Counted from the stretch's first letter, positions 27,389 through 37,397 are shown. The stretch is DNA of 64,000 nt from Gemmatimonadales bacterium (GCA_035519565.1 DATIWD010000136.1:5964-69963); one strand, 5' to 3'. Program-made: numbers and translations. The notes: generated by a model from the sequence alone, not told the origin.

Positions 27389-28461
27389 GCAGCCGACGCT
27401 GCCCGCGCTGCGGGAAGGTCTACGCCGATCCGGCGCGCTTCTGCTCGTCGGACGGCACGCCCCTGGTCGAGGTCGGCGGCGCCAAGCCGCCTCCTGCAGA
27501 GGGGCCGAGCCATTCGTCGGTCGAGACCCGCACCCAGGTCCGCCGCGCGGCTGGGCCCCGTTCGGGCGATCGTGCCGGCAGCCTGGCCAACACCATGCTG
27601 GACCAGCGCTATCAGATCACCAAGCGCCTGGGCGAGGGCGGGATGTCCTACGTCTACCTCGCGAGAGAAGTGGGCACCGGCGAAACGGTCGCGATCAAGG
27701 TGCTGACCCCCAAGCTCAGCTCGGATCAGAACTCGGTCGAGCGCCTGCGCCGGGAGGCCGGGCTGGCCATGCGGCTGGATCACCCCAACGTCTGTCGCAT
27801 TCTCCGCCTGGGTGAGACCGAGGACGGCATGATCTACCTGGTCATGCCCTATCTCGAGGGCGAATTGCTGAGCGACCGCGAGGTTCGGCAGGGCGCCTTC
27901 CCGCTCGACATCGGGATCCCGATCCTGATCCAGATCTGCAAGGGCCTTCAGCATGCGCATGATCTCCAGATCATTCATCGCGACCTCAAGCCCGAGAACG
28001 TGATGCTGGTTCCCGATTCGAAGGCTCCCGCCGGCGTTCGGGCGGTGGTGATGGACTTCGGGTTGGCCAAGGAGCGGCGACAGGAACCCGACGTCGCCAA
28101 GTTGACCGCGACCGGCATCGTGCTGGGCACCCCCGAGTTCATGAGTCCCGAGCAGATTCGCGGCAAGCCGCTGGACGGCCGGAGCGACGTCTACGCCCTG
28201 GCCATCCTGGGCTTCGAGATGTTCACCGGCCAGCTGCCCTTCCAGGGAAGGAACGCGCAGGAGATGATGATCGCGCGGCTGCGGGGGAAGCCCAAGGGCC
28301 TGCGCGAGGTCCGGTCCGAAATGCCGGCGCGGCTCGAAGCGGTGCTGCTCAAGGCGCTCTCGCTGGATCCGGCCGATCGCTACGCCACGGTCGGCGACTT
28401 CGGCGCCGCGCTCGAAGGCGCCGAAGAGAGCGGTGTGTTCGCCAAGCTGTTCCGGAAGTGA
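27385..28461 (+). CDS. Hanks-type Ser/Thr protein kinase with N-terminal zinc-ribbon
   Basis: TTG start overlapping the GGDEF stop (TTGA). CPRCG...FCSSDG zinc ribbon. Kinase motifs GEGGMSYVYLA, VAIK, HRDLKPEN, DFGLA, TPEFMSPE. ATG 27596 is an alternative start. Confidence 0.8.
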   Translation: MSSRRCPRCGKVYADPARFCSSDGTPLVEVGGAKPPPAEGPSHSSVETRTQVRRAAGPRSGDRAGSLANTMLDQRYQITKRLGEGGMSYVYLAREVGTGETVAIKVLTPKLSSDQNSVERLRREAGLAMRLDHPNVCRILRLGETEDGMIYLVMPYLEGELLSDREVRQGAFPLDIGIPILIQICKGLQHAHDLQIIHRDLKPENVMLVPDSKAPAGVRAVVMDFGLAKERRQEPDVAKLTATGIVLGTPEFMSPEQIRGKPLDGRSDVYALAILGFEMFTGQLPFQGRNAQEMMIARLRGKPKGLREVRSEMPARLEAVLLKALSLDPADRYATVGDFGAALEGAEESGVFAKLFRK

Positions 28462-28503
28462 TCGACTCCGCCACCCACTGACCTTCCGCTCGCCCTCGTC
28501 TTC

Positions 28504-29613
28504 GTGAAACGGTTCCCCGCCTTCGATCCCCCGGAGTACGTCCACTGGCGGCCCGACCCTCGGCTGGTGCGGGAGTACGCGGAGACGGTGAAGCGCGACC
28601 AGGCCCGCCGGGTCCTGATCGAGGGCCTCTCGCGGGACCAGCTGATGCTGCTCTACGCCCGCCTGATCCGCGCGCGGCTCCACGACATCACGCTCAAGCG
28701 ATGGGTGCGCCAGGGAGTGATCTCCAAGGCCTGGCTGGGAACTGGTGAGGAGGCCACGACGGTCGGACCGGTCTTCGCGCTGGAGCCGGCGCTGGACTAC
28801 GTCTCGCCCATGATTCGGAACCAGGCCGCCTGCTGCGACATGGGTATTCCGGTGAGCGACATGCTCCGCGCCTATCTGGCGACCGCCAATGGCCCCTCGG
28901 GCGGCCGAGACATCCATGTCGGCTCCATGGCGCACCACGTCGTGCCACCGGTCTCTCCCGTTGGCCAAATGGTTCCGGTCTGCCTGGGCATCGCGATGGC
29001 CGCCCGGCACCGGGGCGACAAGCTGGTGGCCCTCACCTGGATCGGGGATGGCACCACCAAAGCCGGCGTCTCCCACGAGGCTCTGAACTTTGCGGCGGTC
29101 CAGCGAGTGCCCGCCATTTTCATCATCCAAAACAACCAGGTGGCGTTGGGAACCCGACTCGAGCAACATCACGTCGCCCCGGGCTTCGAAGAGTGGCCCG
29201 CGGCCTACGGGATGGCGGGTTGGTCGTTCGACGGCAACCATGTGCTCGACGCCTACGCCGCGACGCGCTTGGCGGTGGACCGCTGCCGACGAGGCGAGGG
29301 TCCGGTGATGCTGGTGGCGGAGACCTTCCGCATGGGCGGGCACGCGACCCACGATGAGCGGGAGGCCCGTCAGACCTTCCCCGCCAGTTTGTTCGAGCGG
29401 TGGGGTCAGCGGGACCCGATCGGCCTCTACGAGGAATTTCTCAAGGAGCGCGGCATCCCGACCAACGCCCTGGAAGCGGTGGAGGATGCGATGACCGAGG
29501 AAGTGGAACAGGCCGCCGCCGAAGCCCTGGAGGACCGGGAGGAGCTGCCGGCCCCGGAGTCGGCGGTGATCGGCGTCTATGCCAGGAAACCCGGGGAGAC
29601 GGCTCCCTCGTAA
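28504..29613 (+). CDS. TPP-dependent 2-oxoacid dehydrogenase E1 component, alpha subunit
   Basis: TPP-binding block WIGDGTTKAGVSHEALNFAAVQRVPAIFIIQNNQVA and FRMGGHATHD. No E1-beta gene follows. Confidence 0.8.
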   Translation: MKRFPAFDPPEYVHWRPDPRLVREYAETVKRDQARRVLIEGLSRDQLMLLYARLIRARLHDITLKRWVRQGVISKAWLGTGEEATTVGPVFALEPALDYVSPMIRNQAACCDMGIPVSDMLRAYLATANGPSGGRDIHVGSMAHHVVPPVSPVGQMVPVCLGIAMAARHRGDKLVALTWIGDGTTKAGVSHEALNFAAVQRVPAIFIIQNNQVALGTRLEQHHVAPGFEEWPAAYGMAGWSFDGNHVLDAYAATRLAVDRCRRGEGPVMLVAETFRMGGHATHDEREARQTFPASLFERWGQRDPIGLYEEFLKERGIPTNALEAVEDAMTEEVEQAAAEALEDREELPAPESAVIGVYARKPGETAPS

Positions 29614-29643
29614 GCGGCGCGTCGCGCCGGAAGGAGACTGGAC

Positions 29644-30450
29644 ATGAAAGCAGGTTCTTCGGCCCGCCGGTACGCCGTGGCCGTGATGCTCGGGATTCTT
29701 GCCGGTGCCGGTGGCGGCTGGCTGTTGCGGGGAGAAGCGCCCAAACGGGCGATGGTGACCACCCATGGCGAATGGGTCCGCTTCAAGAATGCCAGCGGTG
29801 ATTCCATTCGGGCCTACGTGGCCTATCCGGAGCGGAAAGACAAGGCGCCGGGGATCATCGTGATCCACGAGATCTTCGGGCTCACCGATTGGGAGCCCTC
29901 GGTCGCCGACCGCCTGGCCGCCGCCGGGTACGTCGCCGTGCTCCCGGATCTCCTCTCGTCCCGCTGGGGGGCCAGCCCGGCCGATCCCGACTCCGGCCGG
30001 AAGCTCACGGCGCTGCTGGTCCCGGACCAGGTCACCGCCGATCTCGACGCGGCCTACCAGTATCTCACTTCGCTACCGGCCGTCCGCTCGAGCGACATCG
30101 GGACCATCGGATTCTGTTGGGGCGGAGGTCAGAGTTTCCGCTACGCCACCAACAACCCCAAGCTCAAGGCCTCCGTGGTCTGCTACGGCGTGGCCCCCGA
30201 CTCCGCCGATCTCCCCCGGATCAAGGCCTCGATCCTGGGCGTCTACGGCGAGAACGACGCACGGATCGACCAGAGTGTCCCCGGCGTTGATTCCGCGATG
30301 AAACGGCTGGGCAAGCGCTACCAGTACGATTTCTATCCCGGCACCGGCCACGGGTTCCTCAAGCCGGGCCGCCAGGGCTCCGACACCGATCAGCCGGAGA
30401 AGGCCTGGGCCAGGATCCTGGGCTTCTACCGCGATCGCCTGGGGAAGTGA
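29644..30450 (+). CDS. dienelactone hydrolase family protein (secreted)
   Basis: Signal/TM N-terminus. IVIHEIFGL, GFCWGG nucleophile motif and a C-terminal GTGHGF block. Confidence 0.85.
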   Translation: MKAGSSARRYAVAVMLGILAGAGGGWLLRGEAPKRAMVTTHGEWVRFKNASGDSIRAYVAYPERKDKAPGIIVIHEIFGLTDWEPSVADRLAAAGYVAVLPDLLSSRWGASPADPDSGRKLTALLVPDQVTADLDAAYQYLTSLPAVRSSDIGTIGFCWGGGQSFRYATNNPKLKASVVCYGVAPDSADLPRIKASILGVYGENDARIDQSVPGVDSAMKRLGKRYQYDFYPGTGHGFLKPGRQGSDTDQPEKAWARILGFYRDRLGK

Positions 30451-30454
30451 CCAC

Positions 30455-30748
30455 ATGATTCTCCACGTCATTCTGTTTCGCTTCAAGCCCGGCATCGACG
30501 CCGCGACCATCCAACGCACCGGCGAGGCGCTGCTCGCGATGAAGGCGGGAATCCCCGAGGTACGGAGAATCACCTGGGGGCCCAACCTGGCGCCCGGCGC
30601 CTCCGAGTGGCCCTATGTACTGACCGTCACGGTGGACGACATGGCCGCGGTGCAGCGCTACCTCGACCACCCGGTCCACGTCGAGACCATCGCCAACCAC
30701 GTGGCGCCGATTCGGGACGGGCGCCTCGCGATCGACATCGAGCTCTGA
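30455..30748 (+). CDS. Dabb (stress-responsive alpha/beta barrel) domain protein
   Basis: 97 aa. ILHVILFRFKPG...HP.H... pattern of the Dabb family. Confidence 0.75.
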   Translation: MILHVILFRFKPGIDAATIQRTGEALLAMKAGIPEVRRITWGPNLAPGASEWPYVLTVTVDDMAAVQRYLDHPVHVETIANHVAPIRDGRLAIDIEL

Positions 30749-32340
30749 TGCTTCCTGCTTTGCTGCTGGCCCTCCAGGGCCCTCCGCTCGACCTCCGAGC
30801 GGACACCGCACGGCCGCGGAACGACGCCCTCCATCACGACATCACCGTGGTGCTGCCCGATTCGGGGCAACACATCCTGGGCCAGGTGCAGACCACCTGG
30901 TTGCTGCGCTCCTCGGAGCCGGTGGACGTTCCGCTCGATACCGCCTTCCGGGTGGTCCGGGTGCTGACCGACGGAGAGGGCGAGCATCGGATGGACCGGA
31001 TCACCTTCGCGGTCGACAAGTCGGGTGGGGTGTACATCCCCCACAAGCGCCAGGCGGGCGACACCCTCGTCACCAGCATCCGGTATCTCGGCGAAGTCCA
31101 CGATGGGCTGGTGATCCGGACCGATTCGGCCACCGGGCGTCGGACCATCTTCGCCGACGACTGGCCCGACCGGGCCCACAAGTGGCTGCCGCTCGAGGAT
31201 CATCCCAGCGACAAGGCCACCGTGTCCTTCCGGATCGAGGCGCCTCCCGGCATGCAGGTGATCGCCAACGGGACGCTCAAGCGGGTGGACACGCTGGCCT
31301 ACGGGCGGAGAGTCTGGTTCTTCGAGCAACGACAACGGATCCCACCCTATGGGATCGTGCTCGGCGCGGGCACCTTTGCCACGACGCCGCTCCCCGACGC
31401 CGCCTGCGCGGTCAAGTGCGTACCCCTAGCCGTGGTGACCTATCCGGAGGATTCGGCCTGGGCGGTGAACGGCCCCTTCCGGCGCGCGGGAGACATGGTG
31501 GACTTCTTGACCAACCTGGTGGGGCCCTTCCCCTATGATCGGCTGTCCCACGTGGAGTCGACCACCATCTTCGGCGGCATGGAGAACCCGACCGCCATCT
31601 TCTACGACATGAAGGCCTACCGGGAACGACGTCTCTCCGAGGAGACCGTCGCCCATGAGACGGCCCATCAATGGTTCGGGGATGCGGTGACCGAGGACGA
31701 CTGGCACCATCTCTGGTTGTCGGAGGGATTCGCCGACTACTTTGCCGCCCTCTGGGTCCGCCACGCCGAAGGAGACAGCGCCTTTCGCGGCCTGATGGGG
31801 CAGCATCGGACCAGGGTGATCGAGTCCGAAGCCACTCGTCGGCCAGTCCTGGATCCCGACGCAAAGGACCTGATGGGATTGCTCAACACCAACAACTATT
31901 CCCGGGGGGCCTGGGTCCTGCATTCGCTCCGGGGCCTGATCGGGGACTCGGCGTTCTTCGCCGGGATCCGGACCTGGTACGCCACCTATCGGGACTCGAC
32001 CGCGCTCTCCTCCGACTTTGCCGCGGTCATGAGTAAGGCCGCCGGAACGGACCTGAGCTGGTTTTTCGTCCAGGAGCTGACCCAGCCGGGCTATCCCAGG
32101 CTGGATGTGCGCTGGCAGTGGAAGAAGAAGAAGCTCACACTCGATGTGGCCCAGACCCAAACCGACGGCGAGTACCGGATTCCCAATCTGACCATCTCGG
32201 TGGACGGGGTCCCGGTCAGCGTGCCGCTCAACGGGAAATCGACTTCGGCGGTGTTTGATGTGAAGCAGGCGCCGCAACGGGTGGTAGTGGACCCCGAGGG
32301 CTGGTGGCTGATGGAATCCACGGTCAGCGGTGGGAAGTAG
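30748..32340 (+). CDS. M1 family aminopeptidase (aminopeptidase N-like)
   Basis: Start ATG 30748 overlaps the Dabb stop (TGATG). GMENP exopeptidase motif. HETAHQWFGD-X..-WLSEGFA (HEXXH-X18-E). Confidence 0.88.
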   Translation: MLPALLLALQGPPLDLRADTARPRNDALHHDITVVLPDSGQHILGQVQTTWLLRSSEPVDVPLDTAFRVVRVLTDGEGEHRMDRITFAVDKSGGVYIPHKRQAGDTLVTSIRYLGEVHDGLVIRTDSATGRRTIFADDWPDRAHKWLPLEDHPSDKATVSFRIEAPPGMQVIANGTLKRVDTLAYGRRVWFFEQRQRIPPYGIVLGAGTFATTPLPDAACAVKCVPLAVVTYPEDSAWAVNGPFRRAGDMVDFLTNLVGPFPYDRLSHVESTTIFGGMENPTAIFYDMKAYRERRLSEETVAHETAHQWFGDAVTEDDWHHLWLSEGFADYFAALWVRHAEGDSAFRGLMGQHRTRVIESEATRRPVLDPDAKDLMGLLNTNNYSRGAWVLHSLRGLIGDSAFFAGIRTWYATYRDSTALSSDFAAVMSKAAGTDLSWFFVQELTQPGYPRLDVRWQWKKKKLTLDVAQTQTDGEYRIPNLTISVDGVPVSVPLNGKSTSAVFDVKQAPQRVVVDPEGWWLMESTVSGGK

Positions 32341-33148
32341 GTGGCGGGGGACCCTCGAGTCCCCGCGGCTCCCTTGGCTGATAGTTCTGGCCGCGACCCT
32401 CGGCTGCCGCGGGTCGCTCTCTCCGCTCTCCAATCGTCTCGCGGTCGGACAAGAGGCCTACCTGGTCTTCGTGGCCACCGGAGAGGGTGGCGCGGGCGAT
32501 CTCTTCGCCAGCTCAGCCGGCGGCGGAGCGGTCTATCCCATCTCCTACACCCGGGTCGACGAATCGGGGCCGACACTCTCCCCTGACGGGGTTTCTCTCG
32601 CTTTTATCCGCTCCCGGTCGACCGGCGACAGCCTTACCCACTCGGTCTGGGTCATGAACCTGCTGAGCGGCGCGGAGCGGGAGCTTCCACGGGCCGAGCC
32701 GGGCTCACGCCCAACTCATCTGGGCTGGTCCGGGGACGGGAAGACGATCTACGTCAGGACCGATCGGGGAATCGACGCGGTACACGCACCACCTGACGCG
32801 CCGGAGCCCAGGGCGCTCAGAGGAGATACGGCGGCCGCGGATTCCGCCCTGAGCGTCTGGGTAGGAGAGCCAGTGTTTGCAGGAGTGAGGCCGTGCCCGT
32901 CGGAGGAGGCGCTCTGCGTGTTTCCCGGTGCAGGCGCACCCCAGGCGATCGCACCCGGCAGTCATGATCCGGTGCGATGGGGCCGGGATTCTCTCGGCTA
33001 CTTCGTCGGAGCCGATTTCTACGTGCGGCCCTTGGGACCGGGGGCGCAGCGGCGACTCACCTGGTCGCCACCGCCCGTACGGCCCCGAGAGCCGACCTAC
33101 TTCAGCCCACCGGACGATTCACGATCGCGTCCCAGGCAGCCTCGATAG
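32330..33148 (+). CDS. hypothetical lipoprotein with PD40-like beta-propeller repeats
   Basis: Lipobox AATLGC. LSPDGVSLAFIRS and GWSGDGKTIYV repeats. Confidence 0.6.
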   Translation: MGSRWRGTLESPRLPWLIVLAATLGCRGSLSPLSNRLAVGQEAYLVFVATGEGGAGDLFASSAGGGAVYPISYTRVDESGPTLSPDGVSLAFIRSRSTGDSLTHSVWVMNLLSGAERELPRAEPGSRPTHLGWSGDGKTIYVRTDRGIDAVHAPPDAPEPRALRGDTAAADSALSVWVGEPVFAGVRPCPSEEALCVFPGAGAPQAIAPGSHDPVRWGRDSLGYFVGADFYVRPLGPGAQRRLTWSPPPVRPREPTYFSPPDDSRSRPRQPR

Positions 33149-33728
33149 TCTGGCCGACCTGGGGTTGATCCACCGTCCATTCCTTCTGGCAGATCCGCTC
33201 GACGGCCAGTCCCACCAGCGCGAGCCAGACCGCGGCCCAGAGCTCGACCGGACCGTTGCGGACCATTCCGTCGGACTTGCCGGTGGCCAGGACCTGCTGC
33301 AGGCCGGCCCGAAACTCCCGGCCCGCCTCCCGGCTCTTCTCGTCGAGAAAGCGCTCGTCCCGGCTCAGCATCAGCATCCGGATCAGGGCGGGGTCCCGAT
33401 CGGCCACTTCGCAGAGCTGATGGGCGATGTGCTGCAGCCGGTCGGGAGTCCGCAGGCGTTCAGCCTCGGAATCCTTGACCAGGCGAAGGGCCCACCGCTG
33501 CGCCCCGCGGTACACCTCGTTCAACAGGTGTTCCTTGCTGCTGAAATGGCGGTAGATCGTCCCTTCCGCCACTCCGGCTCGCTGTGCGATGGCGGGCGTC
33601 GTGGTGCCGAGAAAGCCCGACGTGGTGTACAGCTCGAGCGCCGCCCGGATCAGACGTTGACGGGTGGCCTCGCCGTCGCGGCGACGAGCGGGAGTAGCTG
33701 GTGAGACTGGCATGATCGCTGTAGTCAA
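33102..33728 (-). CDS. TetR/AcrR family transcriptional regulator
   Basis: N-terminal HTH TTTPAIAQRAGVAEGTIYRHFSSKEHL. Confidence 0.9.
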   Translation of the reverse strand: MTTAIMPVSPATPARRRDGEATRQRLIRAALELYTTSGFLGTTTPAIAQRAGVAEGTIYRHFSSKEHLLNEVYRGAQRWALRLVKDSEAERLRTPDRLQHIAHQLCEVADRDPALIRMLMLSRDERFLDEKSREAGREFRAGLQQVLATGKSDGMVRNGPVELWAAVWLALVGLAVERICQKEWTVDQPQVGQTIEAAWDAIVNRPVG

Positions 33729-33838
33729 TCTAATTCAGGGCCCCTGCTCTCATACCCGCAGGCGGTCCTCCTCCTGGTTGAAATGTGAATCACCGGGTCT
33801 CGTCGGGATTCGGTCACCATCGGTCGAGACACCGGGTC

Positions 33839-35056
33839 CTACAACGCGCTCACGAACGACACGATGGCCGCCCGTTGGCGCGGGCTAAGCCGCATGAACC
33901 GGTCGCGCACGGTGGAGCCTTCTCCTCCGTGGCGCTGTACCGCCTCCTCGATGGTGGCGGACTCTCCGTCGTGCATGAACATGTCGAGGAACTGCATCCC
34001 CATGAGGGGCTGCGTCCGGAATTCCTGCGGCGTGGCGACGCCGTTGCAGATATCGGCTTCCTGATCGCCCATGTCGTGCAACAGCAGGTCGGTATAGGCG
34101 TTGATCCGCTTGAATTTGAGGGCCGCGTACCGGCTGGGGCCCGTCTCCAAAGTCGGCGTGTGGCAGGTGGCACAGCCGATCTGGGTGAACAACATCCGGC
34201 CGTATTTCCCTTCCTCGGTAAGCGGCAGCGGAGCCACCGGGGCCAGGAACCGCACGAAGGCGTCGGCCGCAAAGAGCGACTTGGGGCTCAGCTCCGGGTC
34301 CGGAGCCGGATCGACTCCCTTGGGCAACGGGGTCCCCGCCACCGTGCCTTCGACCGGATTGAGCGTATTGGTGATGCCCATCTCGTTGAAGAAGGCGCCC
34401 GCGTTGAATTCGTCGAGGGAGGACACCGCGGCCTTCCGGCCGAAACGGCCGACACTCCCGTTGGCCAGCACCGCCGCGCGGCCCCGAACCCCAAAGGGCC
34501 GACGGACCCGGGCCAATCCCTTGATGGTGTAGTCGCTCACCGCGTCGAGCAGCCCCAGTCCGAAGATCACTGGTGTGGTGCGGTGGCCGATCCCGGTGCC
34601 GCCGGCTGGCATGGGCTCCGAGGTGATGTGGAGAGCGTCCTGGAGAGCCGGGGTCGCGTGCTGCTGGACCACCGGGCCGCCGTTCGCGTCGAGCGTCTGA
34701 CACACGGCGCCGGGATGATACGCGGTCGTGTGGATCTCCACCGAGTCACCGTAACCACCCAGGGTCGGATCGTTATGACACTCTGCGCAGGACGTGGAGT
34801 TGAAGAGCGGCCCCAGGCCGGTGGCCGGCGAGAACACGGTGGCGAAGACCGCCATCCCCTGGTTGAACAACCGCAGCTCGTCGGGCGCGAGATTGGGGAC
34901 CGGGTCGCCCGGCTTGCCGGCGATGATCCGTTGGAACAGTTCCGAGGTCTGATCGTCCTGGATGATCGGCGCTTCCTCGGTGGGAGTCTTCTGGTCCGGG
35001 GTACAGGCGGTAGTGACGGCGAACAACGTGAGCACGGCGGGTAATGATCGATGCAT
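33839..35056 (-). CDS. di-haem c-type oxidoreductase (DUF1111 / putative thiol oxidoreductase-peroxidase family), lipoprotein
   Basis: Start taken at ATG 35056 (MHRSLPAVLTLFAVTTAC, lipobox). Two CxxCH motifs (CAECH, CATCH). Confidence 0.8.
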   Translation of the reverse strand: MHRSLPAVLTLFAVTTACTPDQKTPTEEAPIIQDDQTSELFQRIIAGKPGDPVPNLAPDELRLFNQGMAVFATVFSPATGLGPLFNSTSCAECHNDPTLGGYGDSVEIHTTAYHPGAVCQTLDANGGPVVQQHATPALQDALHITSEPMPAGGTGIGHRTTPVIFGLGLLDAVSDYTIKGLARVRRPFGVRGRAAVLANGSVGRFGRKAAVSSLDEFNAGAFFNEMGITNTLNPVEGTVAGTPLPKGVDPAPDPELSPKSLFAADAFVRFLAPVAPLPLTEEGKYGRMLFTQIGCATCHTPTLETGPSRYAALKFKRINAYTDLLLHDMGDQEADICNGVATPQEFRTQPLMGMQFLDMFMHDGESATIEEAVQRHGGEGSTVRDRFMRLSPRQRAAIVSFVSAL

Positions 35057-35491
35057 GTGGCCTCCTTTGAGGAAGCCTCGATCGTGCTCCAGGCTATGGG
35101 GGCGCCCTGGAGGATGAGTCACGGTCGAGCGCGGCACCGGAGAGCAAGCGCTCACTCGGCACCGGTTTCCTCTGACTTGCGTTCTCCAATTGGCCGAACG
35201 GCGGAGGTGAAGCTCGACGGATTCAGTGGGTGGAGGGCCCTGCCCGCCCAGGTCTGATCCACGAGTAACGCGACGAGATTTCAGTCACGGTGCTGCCGAG
35301 GTGGGGGGCAGCGCCCCGTTCATCACCAGGGCACCACAGTAGGGGCTCTAGTGAGATGGCGCTGAGACCTGGATCACACTTTCGGGCTTGTTTCCGGACG
35401 AAGTCGAGGGTGAGCGCTCCGCTGTACGAGAATTAGATAGCGTCTCGTCCTTGAGCACTCACTCGGCAGGAAACTGACTGGAAGGAAAAGA

Positions 35492-36685
35492 TCAAAAGGG
35501 CCAGTTGGCGCCAGCGGAGAATTGAAATCCTTCGGGACCGCCCGCGAAGTTGAAGGTGATGATCGTGCTCCGGAGCAGCCGAATCGCCACGCCGCCACCA
35601 CCGCCGAGCTTCATGTCCTCGGTGGTGATCTTGAAGGCTTCGTTCTCGAACACGCGGCCCGCGTCGGCGAAGATGAAAACGATCAGGGCGCCGAAATCTC
35701 CGGCGTTGATGATGTCCTGCCGCGCCTCCAGCCGGGCGGCCAGCACCCCTCGGCCCACATACCGTTGCGAGGGGAGACCACGGTTCGACTGCGCTCCGCC
35801 CAGCACCGGGATCTCGGCCTCCCAGATCGGGACCTCGAATCGCGCGTTCAAGGGAGGCGAGCCGTTCAGGTTGGATCCACCCACCCAGCCGGCGAGGACG
35901 GTACCCTCTGTAACCGGAATCGGAACCCAGCCGGCCACCACGCTCTCGTAACGCTGATAGCCGTCTCCCCCGCTCCCGGCAAAGGCCCCCGCCTCGGCGT
36001 AGATCCCGGATCGCGGGTCGTACTCGTTGTTCCGGCCATCGTAGACCAGGCGCACCCCGCCCCGCAGGTCCTGGTCGTTGACCGCATTGCCGTACTGGCT
36101 CCTGAACAGGGATGACCCCGAAACCGCCGTGAAGTAGCTGGGCAGATAGGCGCCGTTCACGGCCAGATAGAGTCGATGCACGATCTCCCGGGAAATCTCG
36201 GTCTGCACCCAGATGCGGGTTCGGCTGACGCGGTAGTAGTCGGAGGCGCTATCCTGGATCGCGTTGTCGATCTTGGTGCTGTTGCCGAGGCCGTAGTAGC
36301 CCAGCCGGCCCTGGCGGTAGATGCCGACCCGGCTGGCGAGCCGCCAATGGAGCCAGAGCGATGGCGCGTTGAAGGTGGTGGTGACCGCCCAGCTGCCATG
36401 GATTCCGACGCCACCGTCGACGTTCAGCACGCCGGCGAAGATGGAGCGATCCTCGTACTCCGCCCGCTTGAAGAGGGAGAAATGCCCGTACAACATCGGA
36501 AAATCGTTGGGAGCGCTGCTGATATAAGGAAAGTAGGAATCCTTCCAGGGCTGATCGTTGCCCTGAGCCCTGAGTGGGGCGACAGCGACGACCAGGCCGA
36601 TCAGGACCACCCGGGCGATCCCGAGACGAGAAGGCATCGTAAGAATCATGAGCGAAGGGTAAGTGCGTCCGGGATTTAGGCCCAT
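35492..36685 (-). CDS. outer-membrane beta-barrel protein, Omp85/surface-antigen (D15)-like without POTRA region
   Basis: Signal peptide ending APLRAQ. Alternating beta pattern. C-terminal ...SAGANWPF (terminal Phe beta-signal). Confidence 0.6.
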   Translation of the reverse strand: MGLNPGRTYPSLMILTMPSRLGIARVVLIGLVVAVAPLRAQGNDQPWKDSYFPYISSAPNDFPMLYGHFSLFKRAEYEDRSIFAGVLNVDGGVGIHGSWAVTTTFNAPSLWLHWRLASRVGIYRQGRLGYYGLGNSTKIDNAIQDSASDYYRVSRTRIWVQTEISREIVHRLYLAVNGAYLPSYFTAVSGSSLFRSQYGNAVNDQDLRGGVRLVYDGRNNEYDPRSGIYAEAGAFAGSGGDGYQRYESVVAGWVPIPVTEGTVLAGWVGGSNLNGSPPLNARFEVPIWEAEIPVLGGAQSNRGLPSQRYVGRGVLAARLEARQDIINAGDFGALIVFIFADAGRVFENEAFKITTEDMKLGGGGGVAIRLLRSTIITFNFAGGPEGFQFSAGANWPF

Positions 36686-36770
36686 CGGGGGGCCATTGTC
36701 AACTTGCCGCCCACCGACCGGCCCCCTAGACTACCGCTGGCCTCTCGCCGATCTCCACGCGAACACCATC

Positions 36771-37397
36771 ATGAGTCTCGACACGGAAGATCCGTACGCC
36801 CTCCTCCGGCTCGCGGTAAGCGGACTGCTGCTGGTGGCGACCGGATTCGCCCTGGTGCTGGGACTCACCGGGGTCGAGCCCCGGGCCCTGGTGCTGGCCG
36901 GGGTGTTCTGGGCGCTCTATGGGCTGATCATCGGCCTGATCGACGGGTTGCTCGAACCGGCCACCGACGCCCTGGTCACGGCCTTTCAGAACGTGGGGCT
37001 GACCCGGGCGGACGGCGGCTACTCGCAGGCGGAATCATTGGTGGCCCAGGGTCAGTATCCGGCGGCAGCCGACGCCTACCTCGAGCGGGTCACCGAGCAG
37101 GACGACGTCGAGGCGCTGGTCCGGCGGGCTCACTTGCTGGCCGGTCCGCTTGGCACCCCGGAACTGGCCGTGAGCGAGCTGGAGACTCGGCGCGCGGGGA
37201 AGCGCCTCCCTCCGGCCGACGATCTCCGGGTCGGACTGGCCCTGGCCGACATCTTCGAGCGCCGGCTCAACGATCCCGGCCGAGCCATGGTGGAGCTGCG
37301 ACGTCTGATCGATGAGTATCCCACTTCGCGACGGGTCCGCCAGATGCGAAAGGTGCTCCGATCCCTCAAGCAGCAGCGGTTCGGCGAGGTGCAATGA
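36771..37397 (+). CDS. hypothetical membrane protein (2 TM) with TPR-like C-terminal domain
   Basis: ATG 36771 (MSLDTEDPYALL). Two TM helices followed by a helical repeat region (QGQYPAAADAYLERV...). Confidence 0.6.
   Translation: MSLDTEDPYALLRLAVSGLLLVATGFALVLGLTGVEPRALVLAGVFWALYGLIIGLIDGLLEPATDALVTAFQNVGLTRADGGYSQAESLVAQGQYPAAADAYLERVTEQDDVEALVRRAHLLAGPLGTPELAVSELETRRAGKRLPPADDLRVGLALADIFERRLNDPGRAMVELRRLIDEYPTSRRVRQMRKVLRSLKQQRFGEVQ

Noticed and set aside
33785-33840. Direct repeat CACCGGGTC (33791 and 33827) downstream of the di-haem gene and upstream of the TetR gene, considered as a TetR operator.
   Set aside because: TetR operators are normally palindromic. These are direct repeats of only 9 nt in GC-rich DNA, and no inverted symmetry was found.
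35157-35491. The 335-bp intergenic region between the Omp85-like and di-haem genes. It includes a CTGAGACCTGGAT string (35362-35374) reminiscent of a TPP riboswitch, and an 11-nt direct repeat CTCACTCGGCA at both ends (about 35150 and about 35456).
   Set aside because: The THI-box-like string is on the plus strand with no downstream plus-strand gene, and the rest of the TPP aptamer consensus is missing. An 11-mer recurring within 300 bp is within chance expectation for this window size.
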